A stretch of DNA of 64,000 nt from Camelus ferus (GCF_009834535.1 NC_045696.1:45200001-45264000); one strand, 5' to 3'; positions 1 through 13,735 are shown, counted from the stretch's first letter. Numbers and translations: made by a program. The notes: generated by a model not told the origin, from the sequence alone.

Positions 1-979
1 TCTTGAATATCCTAAGTAAACATAATAAATACACAAATAAATTCTTAAAATATGAGAAGGGAAGAAAATAAAATTTCCAGATTGAAGAATCCAAAGAGGG
101 TATCTCAGAGTCCAGAACTATGGGGGAGAAATGTAAAATATGAAAGCGACCCAGAAGTGCACTTGCAATGACTGTCTTATTCTTAATTTTTACTTAGAAG
201 TCTACTTCTAATTTCATTATAGAAGAGACTTTACAGAAATTCCTTTTATAACCAACTTTACTACAACCTTCAGCCTGGAGGAATCTGAAAAATCCTAAAT
301 GAAGTCTTGTCAAGGTGTCTTAACTTCGTAGGTGAATTGACAGTGGCTGTTGACAAAGCACTTTAGTGCATATTCTTACAACAAGCACATAAGCTATGTT
401 TCTGTGTCCCATTTTCAGATGGAGTCACTTTGCGGTGGTGCAATCTACACTCAGTCCAGAGTCATACGTCTTTGCAGTCTGGAGAACTTTCCACTGAGCC
501 CTAGAGAAATCTATTGTACATCTTTGAATTTGCAAATTGAGGATTTCACTTTCTTCTGAGTATCAGTTGATTTACATCCAGCCAATTATTTCAATGATTT
601 CTTCATTTTCCTTTCTTGTTCCTCAAAAGTACAAAAAATGTGGAGTCTTCTGGCTAATGCACTAGAAAAGGATTAGTAATCCTTAGACATCCCAACTTTA
701 GTTCCCCTCCTCTCTCCAAAACTGATTTCCTCTCTCCACATTCCTCTCCTGTACTTTCTGTAAAAGATCTGAATCATCTGTAAATGTGTTCTAAGAATTA
801 AGAAACTTATGATCACTTTTTAAGATTCCTGGATAACTTTGTGAAGATCACTTAGCACTTAAGTAAAATATGTGTCAACCAACCTCTTCTTTCCTGTCCT
901 TTCCTTCCTTCCCGTTTTTTTTCTTCCTTCTTGTTTATCTAGCTATTATTTGGTTTAAGTTTTAACCAAGCTTATTCAT

Positions 980-1200
980 TCATTGACTTATCATTTTAAA
1001 TAAATAAATTTTAATGGCTTAAATAAATTTTAAAAGATAAAAAGGGACACAGTGAAAAGTCTCCCTTACACTTCTTTTCCCCATCCAACAGCCCCCAACC
1101 CCTCTGTTATTCTCTACTTTTTATTATTTTCCCTTTTATTTCTAAATATAAACCTGACTACTGACGCTGGCATACAAAAAGACTTTACTTCTCTGCCCTT
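980..1200 (-). mobile_element. Old L1ME-type 3' fragment
   Basis: aaagggacacagtgaaaagtctccct resembles the antisense L1ME4-type 3' end; heavily decayed, boundaries approximate. Confidence 0.5.
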
Positions 1201-1779
1201 CAATATTCTTTGTAGCAAAGTGGCACTAAGATTTACTTGGATATATGTAATATTTCCATAAATAAAAGGAAATCGGAAGGATTCATTGTGTATGTGACAG
1301 CAGATATATTAGTAATAAATTTAAGATATACTGAATGCCTGACAAGAAGTTTAATATAAAAAGTCATTCTTTAATAAGTTATTTCAGCATAGGGTCATTA
1401 TAGAGCTGAGCTGATACCAAAATCCATTCAATCCAACTCTAACTGGAGCACATATCTAACCCATTCTTCTCCTTGAAGCAGAGCCATCATTAGAATGTAT
1501 ATGCCAATCAAATGATGGAAAGAGATCATTACTGTGATATTTAATAATTTGTGGGTACACAGGAAAACATAAAAATCCTCAGTGAACAACATAATATGGG
1601 AAGGACAGGATTTTGCTCTTAAAGAGTGTCTGGGTTTAAGAAATAAGTATTATTACTATAAAATATTTTACTATCTCCACCAGAGAAAGATTTGCAAATT
1701 CAGTAGAAGAAGAAAAAGGAGTAGGAGGAAAAGGAGAAACAGGAGGAAGGAGAAGAATTTCTATTTTCACTGCACTTAT

Positions 1780-1955
1780 TTGGAATCAGGCAGACTTCCC
1801 TGAGTTAGAAAACCCAAATCCGGCATTTACTAATAGATGGTATTTAAACTTGGTCCTCAGTATCCCCATCTATAAAATGAGAATAATCATAATACCTATT
1901 TTAAGGATAAAAAAGTGCTTTGCTATATAAAAGTAGTATTTAAATTGTTATTACT
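1780..1955 (+). mobile_element. MIR SINE
   Basis: MIR core cctcagtatccccatctataaaatgagaataatcataatacct and tail tgttattact. Confidence 0.75.
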
Positions 1956-2599
1956 TTGAAACTGCTCTTCTGTTCTTTCCAACTTATTTTAGAAAGTTAT
2001 GAAATTCAATCGCAGAAGCCTAGCATTGGAATCACTGTCATGCTGACTAGCACACATGGCATCTTTGTGCAGATTCAAGAAAGGTGCCCCTTTCAGTACA
2101 CGCTGACACTGTGGAGGAGTGGCTTGCAATATATGGTGTCTTTGTCTGAATGTGGGGCCTCGGTCCCAGAGAGATCTGCATTATTTTGCAGGTTGACAAC
2201 GGCCCGACCTTCAGTCTCTACCTACCTTGTTGGTTGTGCTTTTGTGCAGGATAAAATCTGCAGAATTGTAAGCTGTGCTTTGGTTGGAAGATTTTCTGGA
2301 GGGCATTCTAGTTCCTTCCCTCTAGAGGATACATGCAGAGTGAGGGAATCGTTCATTATGCAGCAAATTTCATTTATTACTGGCTTGCTGTATATCCTCC
2401 TTTAACTTCCAAACATTAATCTTAGATTCCCTTCTCTTGAACCATAGGATATATTTCCATATGGCAACTCTTAAATAATTGAAAGCTGCTATTAAGTTTT
2501 CCCTAGGACATTGTGTGTTAGACCCGATTGGTGTTCTTTTTATTTCTAACAGAACTTTCAATTTTGCTCAAATTCCTACCACCTTCCTCATACATCATC

Positions 2600-2950
2600 A
2601 TGTCTCAGAGGAACATGACCTTTTCTTAGTTCTGGGGAGTACGGCTTAGTGTGGGAGTAATCCCATTCTTTTGAAAGTGATGGTCAAGGAATGGTAATTA
2701 GACAATTCTGACCAATGCCGTCACCAGAGAGCCTTCCAGAAAAAGGTTTCTTTCTCTCCTTTCTCTTTGTAGTCAGCCAGAGGAAGAGGTGTTGCTGCTG
2801 GATGTATTCTCTTGCGTTTGATGCCTTGATCGGTCATTACCATGTGAAAGCTACTTAAATTCTGGACTTCTTATAGGAGAAAATATAATTTCTTAATTTT
2901 TACACCAGTTTGAATTGGAGCTGTTACTTGCACCCAAGGGCATTATAACG
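2600..2950 (+). mobile_element. Ancient ERVL/MaLR-class LTR (LTR16/LTR33/MLT1-like)
   Basis: 3' end ccagtttgaattggagctgttacttgcacccaagggcat resembles the shared end of these LTRs; family not resolved. Confidence 0.55.
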
Positions 2951-2959
2951 GATGAGCAC

Positions 2960-3950
2960 ACACTTCTTTGCAGGCGAAACAGCCTCAGTGTTTCTATCTT
3001 TTTTTCCTTAAGGCTTTCTTCATGTGCTTTTTCTCTGAGCTTAGATTATCCTGGTCATTCTCTTCTGAATGCTTTGTAATTTGTTAGAGCCCAGGACTGA
3101 CTGCAATAGTTCCCTACGGGATGCCCAATTCAGAACATTCTGCTGACTCATGTAGAACTTCTATCAATGCAAAGTCCAGAGACATGTTTGTGCCTGCTCC
3201 TGGGACATCAAATCTCCTTCATCCTGTACGAGTGCAACTGTTTGCTTGTTTAACCAAGGCACACACTTTTAAAAATATATCTTTGTTAAATTATATCCAG
3301 TTAGATTCTGTCCAGCATCCTATTCTGTTGAGATACTACAGAAATCCTTTCTAGAAAACTTTGCATTTACTATCTCTTCTCCCTTTTAATCATTCTTAAA
3401 TATGTTAAAGAGATCCTCTATATCTTTGTTGATAAAAATTTTAATCCAGAAAGGGCTGAGAGGAAATTTCTGATTAAGCCATTAAAAAACTTTCTTCTAC
3501 TTGATACTGCTCTGTCAGTAAACTTTCATTAACTTGCACAGCTACTTAAAAATCCTGAGTATACTGTTCAGTTCATGGTCTTTCATACATCCCATAAACG
3601 CTGTCCACTGCTTTCCTTTGGTCAAAAAATATATATACGCATTGGAATTTATTTTAGTACATTTTACATTTTAAAATATAAATATTTTCATCTGTCATGG
3701 CTCATACTTAATGAATACAGGCTGATCTTTATTGACCAAATAATTACTTTCTTAAGCTATTTTTTTGATAGACCAGCTATAATTTTTTTTTTTTAGGATG
3801 GACATAATATAAATAGGTCGTTGTTAACGTAAAATCAAATTTCTCATTATTCTAAAAGCTTGAGAAATTATTTATCTGTCTGTAGTCTTTAGATGCCAGA
3901 TGATTTTTCCAGTATTCTTTATAGATCATTGTGAGAGGTACAGTGATCTC
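2960..3950 (-). mobile_element. L3/CR1 LINE remnant
   Basis: aaccaaggcacacactttt...ctttgttaaattatatccagttagattctgtccagcatc and ttgataaaaattttaatccagaaagggc resemble the antisense L3 RT region. Confidence 0.65.
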
Positions 3951-4117
3951 ACTGGTACAGAATATTAGTTGTCTGAAGGGTAATTGGGCTTGGCTAGGGA
4001 GCTAAAACTCATTTAGCGTGTCTAAATGCCTCTTAGGTATCTTGGACTTCAGTGCCTTCGTACCCATGCTTGTTCTGTCGTTTCCATTTTGAATGATCTC
4101 TTTTGATGCTGCAGATA

Positions 4118-4373
4118 ATAGAGTTTAGTGATTAAAAGCATGAGATCGGGAGTTAGGCTGCTTTAGTTCAAATCCTGGTTCTGCCACTTGCTAACTGTGT
4201 GCCTGTGGGCAAGTTATGTAACCTCTTTAAAATTCAGTTTCCCCATTTCTGGAGAAAAGGGATGATAATAACCACATCATGGTGTTGTGCTAAGATTTAA
4301 ATGAGATAATCTGCCTAAAGCAACTAGTCTGATGCCTAGTTCATGGACATCAACTCAGTAAAGTGTAGTAATT
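4118..4373 (+). mobile_element. MIR SINE, near full length
   Basis: ttcaaatcctggttctgccacttgctaactgtgtgcctgtgggcaagttatgtaacctct...cagtttccccat...gatttaaatgagataat. Confidence 0.9.
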
Positions 4374-4840
4374 ACAAGGAAGATAAAGGAAGAGATACGG
4401 GCTAACACATCCTAGTTTTTATAATTAATATAATTGCTTTAAGTAATAGACCTGTGTTTTCTTATTCTTCTTGTACTGGGCAAATATTTTTTCTGTAACT
4501 GCAGCTTATTCTTGGTATTATCTTTCCTATGCAGTCTTGCTTATTCAGGTGGGCCCTCTATCCATCTTGTGTACATTTGTAGACATTGAAGTTTACCATG
4601 CTGTTCTCTTTATATATGTCTCTTCTTCTCTCATAAAGAAACACTTGCAGTTAATAGTCATAATTTTATTTAATGCAACTTTTCTTCCTGAATCAGGTCA
4701 TGATACCAGCCCCTAACTTTGGGAAATGTGCTTTCCTAAATTAGGTACTGACTACATGCCCAGTGTCCCTCTTATTTCAAAGTTAACATCTTATTTGCCC
4801 AATGTTTCTATCTCTTCCAGGCTATAAAACAATTTCTCAT

Positions 4841-7800
4841 GGCTGGTCTGAATTAAGTCTAGAGCACCTTTGGTCACATACAGGCTGAAAGTGAGGAGAT
4901 GGAAAAAGGTATTCCATGCAAATGGAAATCAAAAGAAAGCCAGAGTCACAATACTTACATTAGAAAAAGTAGTCTTTAAAATAAAGTCTGTTAAAAGAGA
5001 CAAAGAAGGACAGTACATAATGCTCAAGGGATCAATCCAAGAAGATATAACTATTGTAAATATGTATATGCACTCAACAAACGTGTGCCTTAATATATAA
5101 GGCAAATATTAACAGACAGAAAAGGAGAAATTAACAGTAACACAATAGCAGCGAGGGAATTTAACACCCGACTTATATCAATGGACAGATCATCTAGACA
5201 GAAAATCATTAAGGAAACACAAGCCTTAAATGACACATTATACCAGATGGACTTAATTGATACTTATAGAGCACTCTTTCTGAAAGCAGCAGAATATACA
5301 ACCTTCTCAAGTGCAATGGAACATTCTCCAGGATAGATCTCATGTTGGTCCACAAAGCAAACTTCAGTTGATTTAAGAAAATTGAAATCATATCAAGCGT
5401 CTTTTCCAACCACAATGCTATGAGATTAGAAATCAACTACCAAAAAAAACCAAACAAACAAAAAAAAAAACAAAAACAAAAAACCAAAAAACTGCAGAAA
5501 TCACGAACACATGGAGGCTGAGCAATATGCTACTAAACAACCAATGGATCACTAAAAAAAAAAAACAAAAAAAACAAAAAAAACAAAAAAAAATCAAACA
5601 GTAAATAAAAAATAACTCAGAAACAAGTGAAAATGAAAATATGACAATCCAAAACCTATGGGATGTAGCAAACGCAGTTCTAAGAGGGAAGTTTATAGCA
5701 ATACAAGCCTACCTCAGGAAAGAAGAAAAATCTCAAATAAATAAACTAACTGTATACCTAAAGCAACTAGAGGAAGAAGAACAAACAAAACTCAAATATA
5801 ATAAACGGAAAGAAATCATAAAGATTAGAGCAGAAGTAAATGAAATAAAGACTAAAAAAACAGAAACTATCAATGAAACTAAAAGCTGGTTCTTTGAAAA
5901 GATACACAAAATAGATAAACTTTTAGCCACACTCATCAAGAAAAAAAAAGGGAGAGGGCCTAAATTAGTAAAATTAGAAATGAAAAAGGAGAAGTTACAA
6001 CCAACAACACTGAAACACAAAGGATCATAAGAGGCTACTATGAGCAAGTATATACCAACAAAATGGACAAGCTAGAAGAAGTGGACAATTTCTTAGAAAG
6101 GTACAATCTCCTAAAACTGAATCAGAAAGAAGTAGAAAATATGAATAGACCAATTATCAGTACTGAAATTGAATCAGTAATTTAAAAACTCCCAAAAAAC
6201 AAAAGTCCAAGGCCAGAAGCCTTAACTGGGGAATTCTACAAAACATTTAGAGAATAGTTAATTCCAAAAAATTGTCAAGGAAGGAACACTTCCAAACTCA
6301 TTCTATGAGGCCACCATCACCCCGATACCAAAATCAGACAAAGATATCACAAAGAAGAGAAAATCACAGACCAATATCACATGAATATAGATGCAAAAAT
6401 CCTCAACAAAATACTAGCAAATTGACTCCAACAAAAACATTAAAAGGATCAAATACCATGATCAAGTGGGATTTATCCCAGGGATGCAAGGGTTTTACAA
6501 TATTCACAAATCAATCAATGTGATACAGTATAGGCTTCCTGACTTCCAACTATACTACAAAGCTACAGTAATCAAAACAGTATGGTACTAGCACAAAAAC
6601 AGACACATAGATCAGTGGACAAGGATAGAAATCCCAGAAATAAACTCATGGACTTATAGTTAATTACTCTGTGACAAGGGAGGCAAGAATATACAATGGA
6701 GAAAACACACTCTCTTCAATAAGTGGTGCTGAGAAAACTGGACAGCTACATGTAAAAGAATGAAATTAGAACATTCTCTAACACCATATACAAAAATAAA
6801 CTCAAGATTAATGATTAAAGACCTAAATGTAAAACCGGATACTATAAAACCCCTAGACAAAAACAGGCAGAACACTCTTTGATATAAATTGCAGCATTAT
6901 CTTTTTTGAATCAGCTCCCTAGAGTAATGGAAATAAAAGCAAAAATAAACAAATCAGACCTAATTAAACTTAAAAGCTTTTACACATCTAAGGATACCAT
7001 AAACAGACTGAAAAGACAACCTATGGAATGGAAGAAAATATTTGCAAATGAGGCAACCAACCAGGGACTAATTTCCAAAATACAGAAACAGTTCTTACAG
7101 CTTAATATCAAAAGAAAAAACCAAATAACCCAATCAAGAAATGAGCAGAAGACCTAAATAGATATTTCACCAAAGAAGACATCCAGATGGCCAAGATGCT
7201 CAACATCACTAATTATTAGGGAAATGAAAATCAAAACTACATGAGGTAGCACCTCATACCAGCCAGAATGGCCATCATTAAAAAGTCTACAAATAACAAA
7301 TTCTGGAGAGGGAGTGGAGAAAAGGGAACCCTCCTACACTGTTGATGGGAATGTAAAGTGGTGCAGCCACTATGTAGGACATCATGGAGGTTCCTTAAAA
7401 ACTAAAAATAGAGTTACCATATGATCTAGCAACTCCACTCCTGGGCATATATCTGGAGGGAATTATAATTTGAAAAGATACATGCTCCCCAATGTTCATT
7501 GCAGCATGTACAGCAGCCAAGACATGGAAACAACCTAATGTGCTAACAAATGTCCAACAAATTACTGGATAAAGAAGATATGGTAGATATATACAATGAA
7601 ATATTACTCAGCCATATAAAAGAACGAAATAATGTTGTTTGTAGCAACATGCATAGATGTAGACATTATCATATTAAGTGAAGGATTCAGACAGAGAAAG
7701 ACAAATAACAAACGATATCACTTGTATGTAAAAAAAGACACAATTTTTTTACAGCCCCAAAACAGACTCACTGACATAGAAAAAACTATGGTTACCAAAG

Positions 7801-8066
7801 GGGAAAGGGCAGGTGAGAGATAAATTAGTAGTTTAGGATTAATGGATACACATTACTATATATAAAATTGGTAAACAACAAGGACCTACTGTATACAACA
7901 GCAAACTGTATTTAACTTCTTGTAATAACATATGATGGAAAAGAATCTGAAAATAAAAAAAAATATATGTATGTATAACTGAATTGCTTTGCTGTACACC
8001 TGAAACTATCATTGTAAATCAACTATGCTTCAATAAAAAGTTATTTAAAACATTTTAAAAAGCAAA
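4841..8066 (+). mobile_element. 5'-truncated cetartiodactyl-type L1 (ORF2 + 3'UTR + A-tail), internally deleted and non-coding
   Basis: ORF2 peptides in the track: HANGNQKK..DKEGQYIMLKGSIQ (endonuclease), NLWD..AVLRGKFIA, KSWFFEKI, KINKSDLIKLKSF, broken by stops and frameshifts; 3'UTR ending ttgtaaatcaactatgcttcaataaaaag then an A-rich tail. Confidence 0.95.
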
Positions 8067-8290
8067 AAGAAAGTTTCTCATTTCCCTTTTTATTTATTCT
8101 TGGACCTACTGTTTATTTTGAAATGTGTTTCCTCATTTTCACATATTTGGGGATTTTCTACATATCTTTATGTGTCAATTTCTAATTTAATTCTATTGTA
8201 ATCAGAGAACATGCTTTGTATATCCTAAGTCCCTTTAAATTTATTGAAGTCTGTGTGATGGCCCAACATATGGTCTATCTTGATAAATTA
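8067..8290 (-). mobile_element. Old L1M ORF2 fragment (apparent target of the younger L1)
   Basis: atttctaatttaattctattgtaatcagagaacatgctttgt...tggcccaacatatggtctatcttg is antisense ancient L1 ORF2. Confidence 0.8.
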
Positions 8291-9819
8291 ATTTTATAAA
8301 CAGAATATTGTGAATTATTGAAATTAGTGTTTTGTCTTTGCTTTCTTCTTTTTCTGATCCATCAAAAATAAGGAAAATATTTACAATATTTCTTTTTATT
8401 ATTTTGTTTATTTATGTTACATACTAAAAGTCACTTTGTTGTGACAGGATTTTTTTTTTTCTTTCTGAAAGCTTATTTTAGGTTATGATGTCTGATAATG
8501 TCTCCCTTAAAATTTGACTATCTGCTTTATTTTTGAAGCTTGATCTACACCTATTTTTATACTGTTTTATTTTGGGTCCTTAGTGCTACATGATATTTTT
8601 AGAAATATAATTCTGGGCATGGTGTTGGTTCAGTTAATAATCTCTTCAACTCCAAACAAATATATTTACTTAATATTAACCTGATGTTATTTTCAAGGCA
8701 CTATTTAAAAAATTTTTTCCTTCAAGTATCCATTGCTTTACTGATATATACTTTTCCCAAGATTAATATAATTTTATTTTTTTAAGAGAAAAGTAATTAA
8801 GTGGACTTTTAGATGTCATATTAGGACTATTTTAAGGTATATTTTTATAGGTGGCTTTTTTTGGCCTAAATTAATTTTTAATACTAATAACTTAGAAGTC
8901 CTTCAAATAAGAATAGCCCTGCCATTCAAGAGAGTATTTCTTGCTGGTGAAGCTGTATGTATAAAGATTTGGAAAAAAAGAGTCTGCAAATATTATGGTA
9001 TTCAAAATAAAGCTTTTATATGAATCTAAGATAAGCCTATTACTATTCTTCATTGTCTGTCAAGAGTCCCATACAGTTGATATCTCTTAGTCATCAGTCT
9101 TTTCTTCTTCTGCATCAATGCTCATAAAACTACCACAAACCAGGTGTGCATCATACAAGTACTATAGATGTGTGTGAATGTATGTTACTTATAAAAACAC
9201 AAAGACAAGATACAAAGTTTAAAGGGTGCTGCATTCACTTTTGAAAGTGAGAGTGAGTCATGCTTTTGATTTTATCTCTAGGATCCAGAAAATTGCTGGA
9301 GGCAATGCTCTTTAAAAAGAAAAGAAGAAACGCTACTTCAAAAAGCTTTATATACTCTATTCCTATTTTTCTTTTATTTCATTTCATTCACCAGCCAAAA
9401 CTTTCTATAGCATTTGAAAACTAATATCACTAAAACATTTGAATGTATAGTACTGTTTTAGCATCTTTTATCTCCAAACTAAAGAAATAAAAGGATAGAA
9501 TCAATTACTTTAGGTTGTTCTCTTTAATCTCACAAATCAGAAAGGTCCCCTTGCAATAGAAATGTTATCTTAAATGCCATGAAATTAAAATGACCAGGGA
9601 AAATTTTCTTGTGTATCTGCAACTCTAAAAAATTACACAAGTGATATATTTTCATTCCAACTAAGCAAAATACAGCAAATAAATATTTTCAATAATCACA
9701 CCATTAGAGATGACTATTGTTAACGTTTTGTAATTTTTGTTAATTGTTATAGACAGATAGATGCATCCATTTATTTAAGTGGGTAAATCTAGATAAGCCT
9801 ACTAAATTTACCAAATTCC

Positions 9820-10593
9820 CACACTTTTATTCTTCCCCTTTATCTGACATGATACATTCAATCATTAGCAAAGACTGTCGCTTCTACCTTTCAAATACAT
9901 CTAGTCCCCAACCAATTCCCACTATCCTAGGTGAAATCATTGTCAATAATCAGTATCAATCTATCAATAATATAATAGCCTTCTAGCTGATCTCTGTCTT
10001 TCATTATCGATGCTTCCAACTATTCTTCACATAACAAGAAACAGATCATTTAAAAACATAAGTCACATGGCTCTTCTGCCTTCCTCCCCTCAACGGCTTT
10101 TCATCTAACTCAGAATAAAGACGGCATTACAATGTCCTTAACAGCTTGCATGATTCACTCTTAACCATTTCCATGACTTCAGACAGATCCATTTTCTCCT
10201 CACTTACTCCCTTCCAATTGCATACACTTCCTTGTTATTAACAAATACCACGCACGGTCCTGCTGACGCAGCTTTTCTAGGGCTGCTCCCTCACTGTGTT
10301 GTGATCTTTGCTCAGAGACACACATGACTGGATACCTCACTTCCTTCCAGTCTCTGTTGCAATGCCCTGTATCAGAAAGGCTTTCTCAGATCACCCTGTA
10401 TAAACTAGGACAACTCCCCCCACCCCCATTATCCTTCTCTTGCTTTCTCTTTGTAGCATTTATCACTACCTGATTCATATGTATTTCCTTGTTTTTGTTT
10501 GTCTCTTTACTTTGTCTTATTCACTTTTGCTTCTCTGTATCTGGAACATTGTCTGGCACATAGTGGGCACTCAGCAATTATTAGTTGAGTAAG
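9820..10593 (+). mobile_element. L2 LINE 3' portion
   Basis: cttctacctttcaaatacatct..., aatagccttctagctgatctct..., L2 tail gtctggcacatagtgggcactcagcaattattagttgagtaa. Confidence 0.85.
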
Positions 10594-11052
10594 TCAAACT
10601 ATCACAGATACAATGACTAAATGTTTTGGCTTTGACAAGTATGAAGATATTTATAAGGAAAAATCAATGGAGTGTTTTAATGAGAACTATTCCAGAACTC
10701 CTAGGGGTGCTATCACCAGGAAAAGAACCAATCCAAGACTTAGAAAAGTTAGCCAAAATTCAGTTATCTGGATTATGGAATCTATTTTCTTGTACAAACA
10801 ATGTAATAAAGGCAATTAGATTAGAAGCTGAGACACCAAATTCCTGTTTATACCTCATGTTATAACTGAAAGAGTGCAGTAGCTCTGAGCACCTCTCTAT
10901 TCCAGCCCCAGGTTCCACAGGGTTCTTGAATCATGTCCCTAAGCTTTTCTGGGGCCTAAATTAAACCCAATTAGTGAAGCAGCATCAGGGTTTTAGGACC
11001 TGGGAGGAGGGTCTCTTGACCCAGGAATACCTAAATGAGCTTTGAAGAAAGG

Positions 11053-11455
11053 TTTATTAGTCTCCTTGGGCTGTCCTAACAAAATGCCATAGACTGAGTA
11101 CTGTAAATGACAGAAATTAATTTTCTTACAGTTCTGGAGGCTGGAAGTCCAAGATCAAGGTGCCAGCAAGGGTTGGTATCCGGTGATGTCTCTCTCCTTG
11201 AGTTGCAGGTGGCTGTCATGTCACCGTGTCATCACATGGCCTTTTGTCTGTGCTCTTGCAGAAAAAGAAAGCTCTCTGGTGTCACTTTCTTTTCTTATAA
11301 GGACACCACTCCTATCTGACTGAATATTCTCCACTCTTAATGACCTCACATAACTATTATCAGCTCCTATATGCCCTATTTTCAAATACAGTCAAATACA
11401 GAGGATTAGGGCATCAGAATAGGAATTTTAGGGAGATGTAATTCAGTCTATAACA
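11053..11455 (-). mobile_element. MLT1A-type MaLR solo LTR
   Basis: cagttctggaggctggaagtccaagatcaaggtgccagca...ttcttataaggacacca...attcagtctataaca. Confidence 0.9.
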
Positions 11456-11737
11456 AGTGACTTTTGCCCAAGAAAAGTGGGGAAGGGTCTGAGAAAGCAG
11501 TCCAACGGCTGGAGACAGGGAAATGGTCTGCCTGGGTACCTGCAGCAGATGGGTAACTCGTGTTCAGAGCCTTAGGAGAAGTTTGGTAAAACTCCCACCA
11601 CCTGTGCTTATTTCCCCAGACATTTCAGATCGAAGCAGCTGCTGTTTGTCATCCTTCCCTCCCCTCAGCTGGCAAATCTTGACAACAAGCACTGTTTGTT
11701 TACCCCCATGGTGTTCGTCAGGGACAATCGAAACTTG

Positions 11738-11900
11738 CAAAGCTTCTCAAGGTGTAGTTTCCCCAGACGACCGACATCAGAAATGCCTGGGGAGAAAGTT
11801 AGAAACGTGCATCCTAGAGTCTCAGTTCAGACCTACTGAGTCCAAATTTCCAGGGCTGGGGCCCAAAGATTATCCCAGGTGTCACTGCAGAATTTTGGAC
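11738..11900. mobile_element. MER5-type hAT-Charlie MITE
   Basis: catcagaaatgcctgggg...cagacctactgagtccaaatttccagggctggggccca. Confidence 0.65.
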
Positions 11901-13345
11901 ACGTTGCTATTTTGCTATATTGCAGTTTTAATAGTCTCCCTCCCTGCCTCCTCTTCTTTCTTCCTGCCTTCATTGCTTTCTTTGTTCCTTTCTTTTTTTT
12001 TTTTTTTTCCTTACTTGAAGTTCCAGGCCAAGATTTTAAAATAATGTATGTATTCTACTAGGAAAATAAGTTAGTATTCTGTTTATTAACACGGCCACAG
12101 TAACTGTCAGAGTGCAAGAGACTGAATCTACTGCAGCAGCCTGGGGTGATGCTGAGCAGCTGGCCAAAGGAAAGAAAAACATACTTTCAAAGGGGGGTTA
12201 CAGATCATAAAATCTCTGAATGGGGAAAAAAAAAGAGGTGATCAGGAGGTGGGATTTCTTGTCAGAAGATGCTAGTCTCACCGCAAGTTAAAAAAAACCA
12301 GGCAGTTCCTTTATTGGAAAGAGGGTAAAAAGCTTGGAAATGAAAGACGGAACAGATATGTTTGATGTGCATTCCATTTGTCTGATTTTTTCCAGTTCCT
12401 GTTGGTGTTTAGAAGCCCTGAGGCAGGAGGGACCCTCAGTAGAGGGAATAGCCTCCAGCTGGCTTGTGTGCAGGATTTCTGCTTGTTGATAAGAGCCCCT
12501 CAGCCTCAGGAGGGTCAGATCAATGGCTAAGAAGGAACTTTTTTTTTTCTTTCCCCTAGGGCTGGTGGTACCAAACATCATAGAAAAAGCAAGTAACACT
12601 TTCCAACCAAGAAGAGAAAATAGGGTTTGGAAAAGCATTCTAATCAGTTCAAACTGAGCCCCCTCTGATTGGAAGAATTCCGAAGAACCATGTGTGATTT
12701 CAGAACAGATCATCTGTTTGACAGGCCCTTTAAATTTTGCATTATTGCACAAAGGCTTTTTGATGTATAGATTTTATCCAAGCCCCTTAAGCATAATTTG
12801 GAAAATGGGATGAGGCAAGAGCAGAGGCGACATCTCTGCTCTTTTTATTTTGACCCAGAAAGAAACACAATTTTAAGTGATTTGGTTATCTAAGGGAGCT
12901 TCTCCTTGCCCTGTCACCTAGCTTTTGTGACCTCAATCCCACTTATTAAGTGCTGCCTAGGCAGCCTGTCTGAACGCTGTCAGCTTATGGTTTATCCCAG
13001 GAGATTCATTACAAAGAACCAAGAATCGTGCATAACTGGCTAAGACTAAACTCCAGGCAAACCACAATTACACAGCTGAAGTCAAGAGAGAATTATGCAT
13101 AGAAGCACGCTGCCCTGGGTCTCCTAGGCTTCCCAAGTCACTGATGGAGGGGATTCAAGCATTCAGTGACTCTTGGCATGACATTCAATTGGTCTGTTTC
13201 TCTGCACTGATTCACTCCCTAAATCCAATGTGTCCTATATGTTGCTTTTGAGTAAGCTTCCTAAAGAATTTGTCTGATTAATGATCCTGTTCTTGCCTAG
13301 AAACTGAATTCCTGACATCTTTTCAGGCATCTCTGATTCTCTGAA

Positions 13346-13520
13346 AATTGGTTCTTAGAAACACAGACCAGAAGCATCAGAATCACCTATTTGTTAGAAA
13401 TTCAAATTCTCAGCCTCATTTTAACCACACAGAATCAGAAACCATGGGGGGTAGGTGGGGTTGACGAGCTCTGTAAAGCTCCAGGTGCTTCTAATGTGCT
13501 AAAATTTCAGAAGCACTGCT
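13346..13520. mobile_element. MER5A hAT MITE within L2 remnant
   Basis: gcatcagaatcacct..ttgttagaaattcaaattctcag...agaatcagaaac...ctccaggtgcttctaatg...agaagcactgct. Confidence 0.8.
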
Positions 13521-13735
13521 CTAAACCCTAACAATCCACCTTTCTGAATTTACCATATTTTACTTCCTCTCCACTGACCAGTCTGACTATTCACCATTCT
13601 CTAAATGACCTCCAAATTTTGTTACACCTTTGTCTGGTTATGGCAGTTCCTTTGACTGGAATAAAATTTTTCCATCTATACTAATTGGACCCTACCAATC
13701 CTTTAAGATCCAGCTCAAATGCTATAGTCTTTCCC

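Noticed and set aside
1956..2405. 149-aa ORF (likewise 11523-12044 and 12288-12752)
   Set aside because: No family similarity recognised; 1956 and 12288 have TTG starts and 11523 crosses a MER5 and a poly-T tract.
4870..7823. Several track ORFs with real protein motifs (4870, 5641, 6906, 7632)
   Set aside because: Pieces of one broken L1; stops, frameshifts and the RT deletion rule out a functional gene. The same holds for the L1 ORFs at 33881 and 34339.
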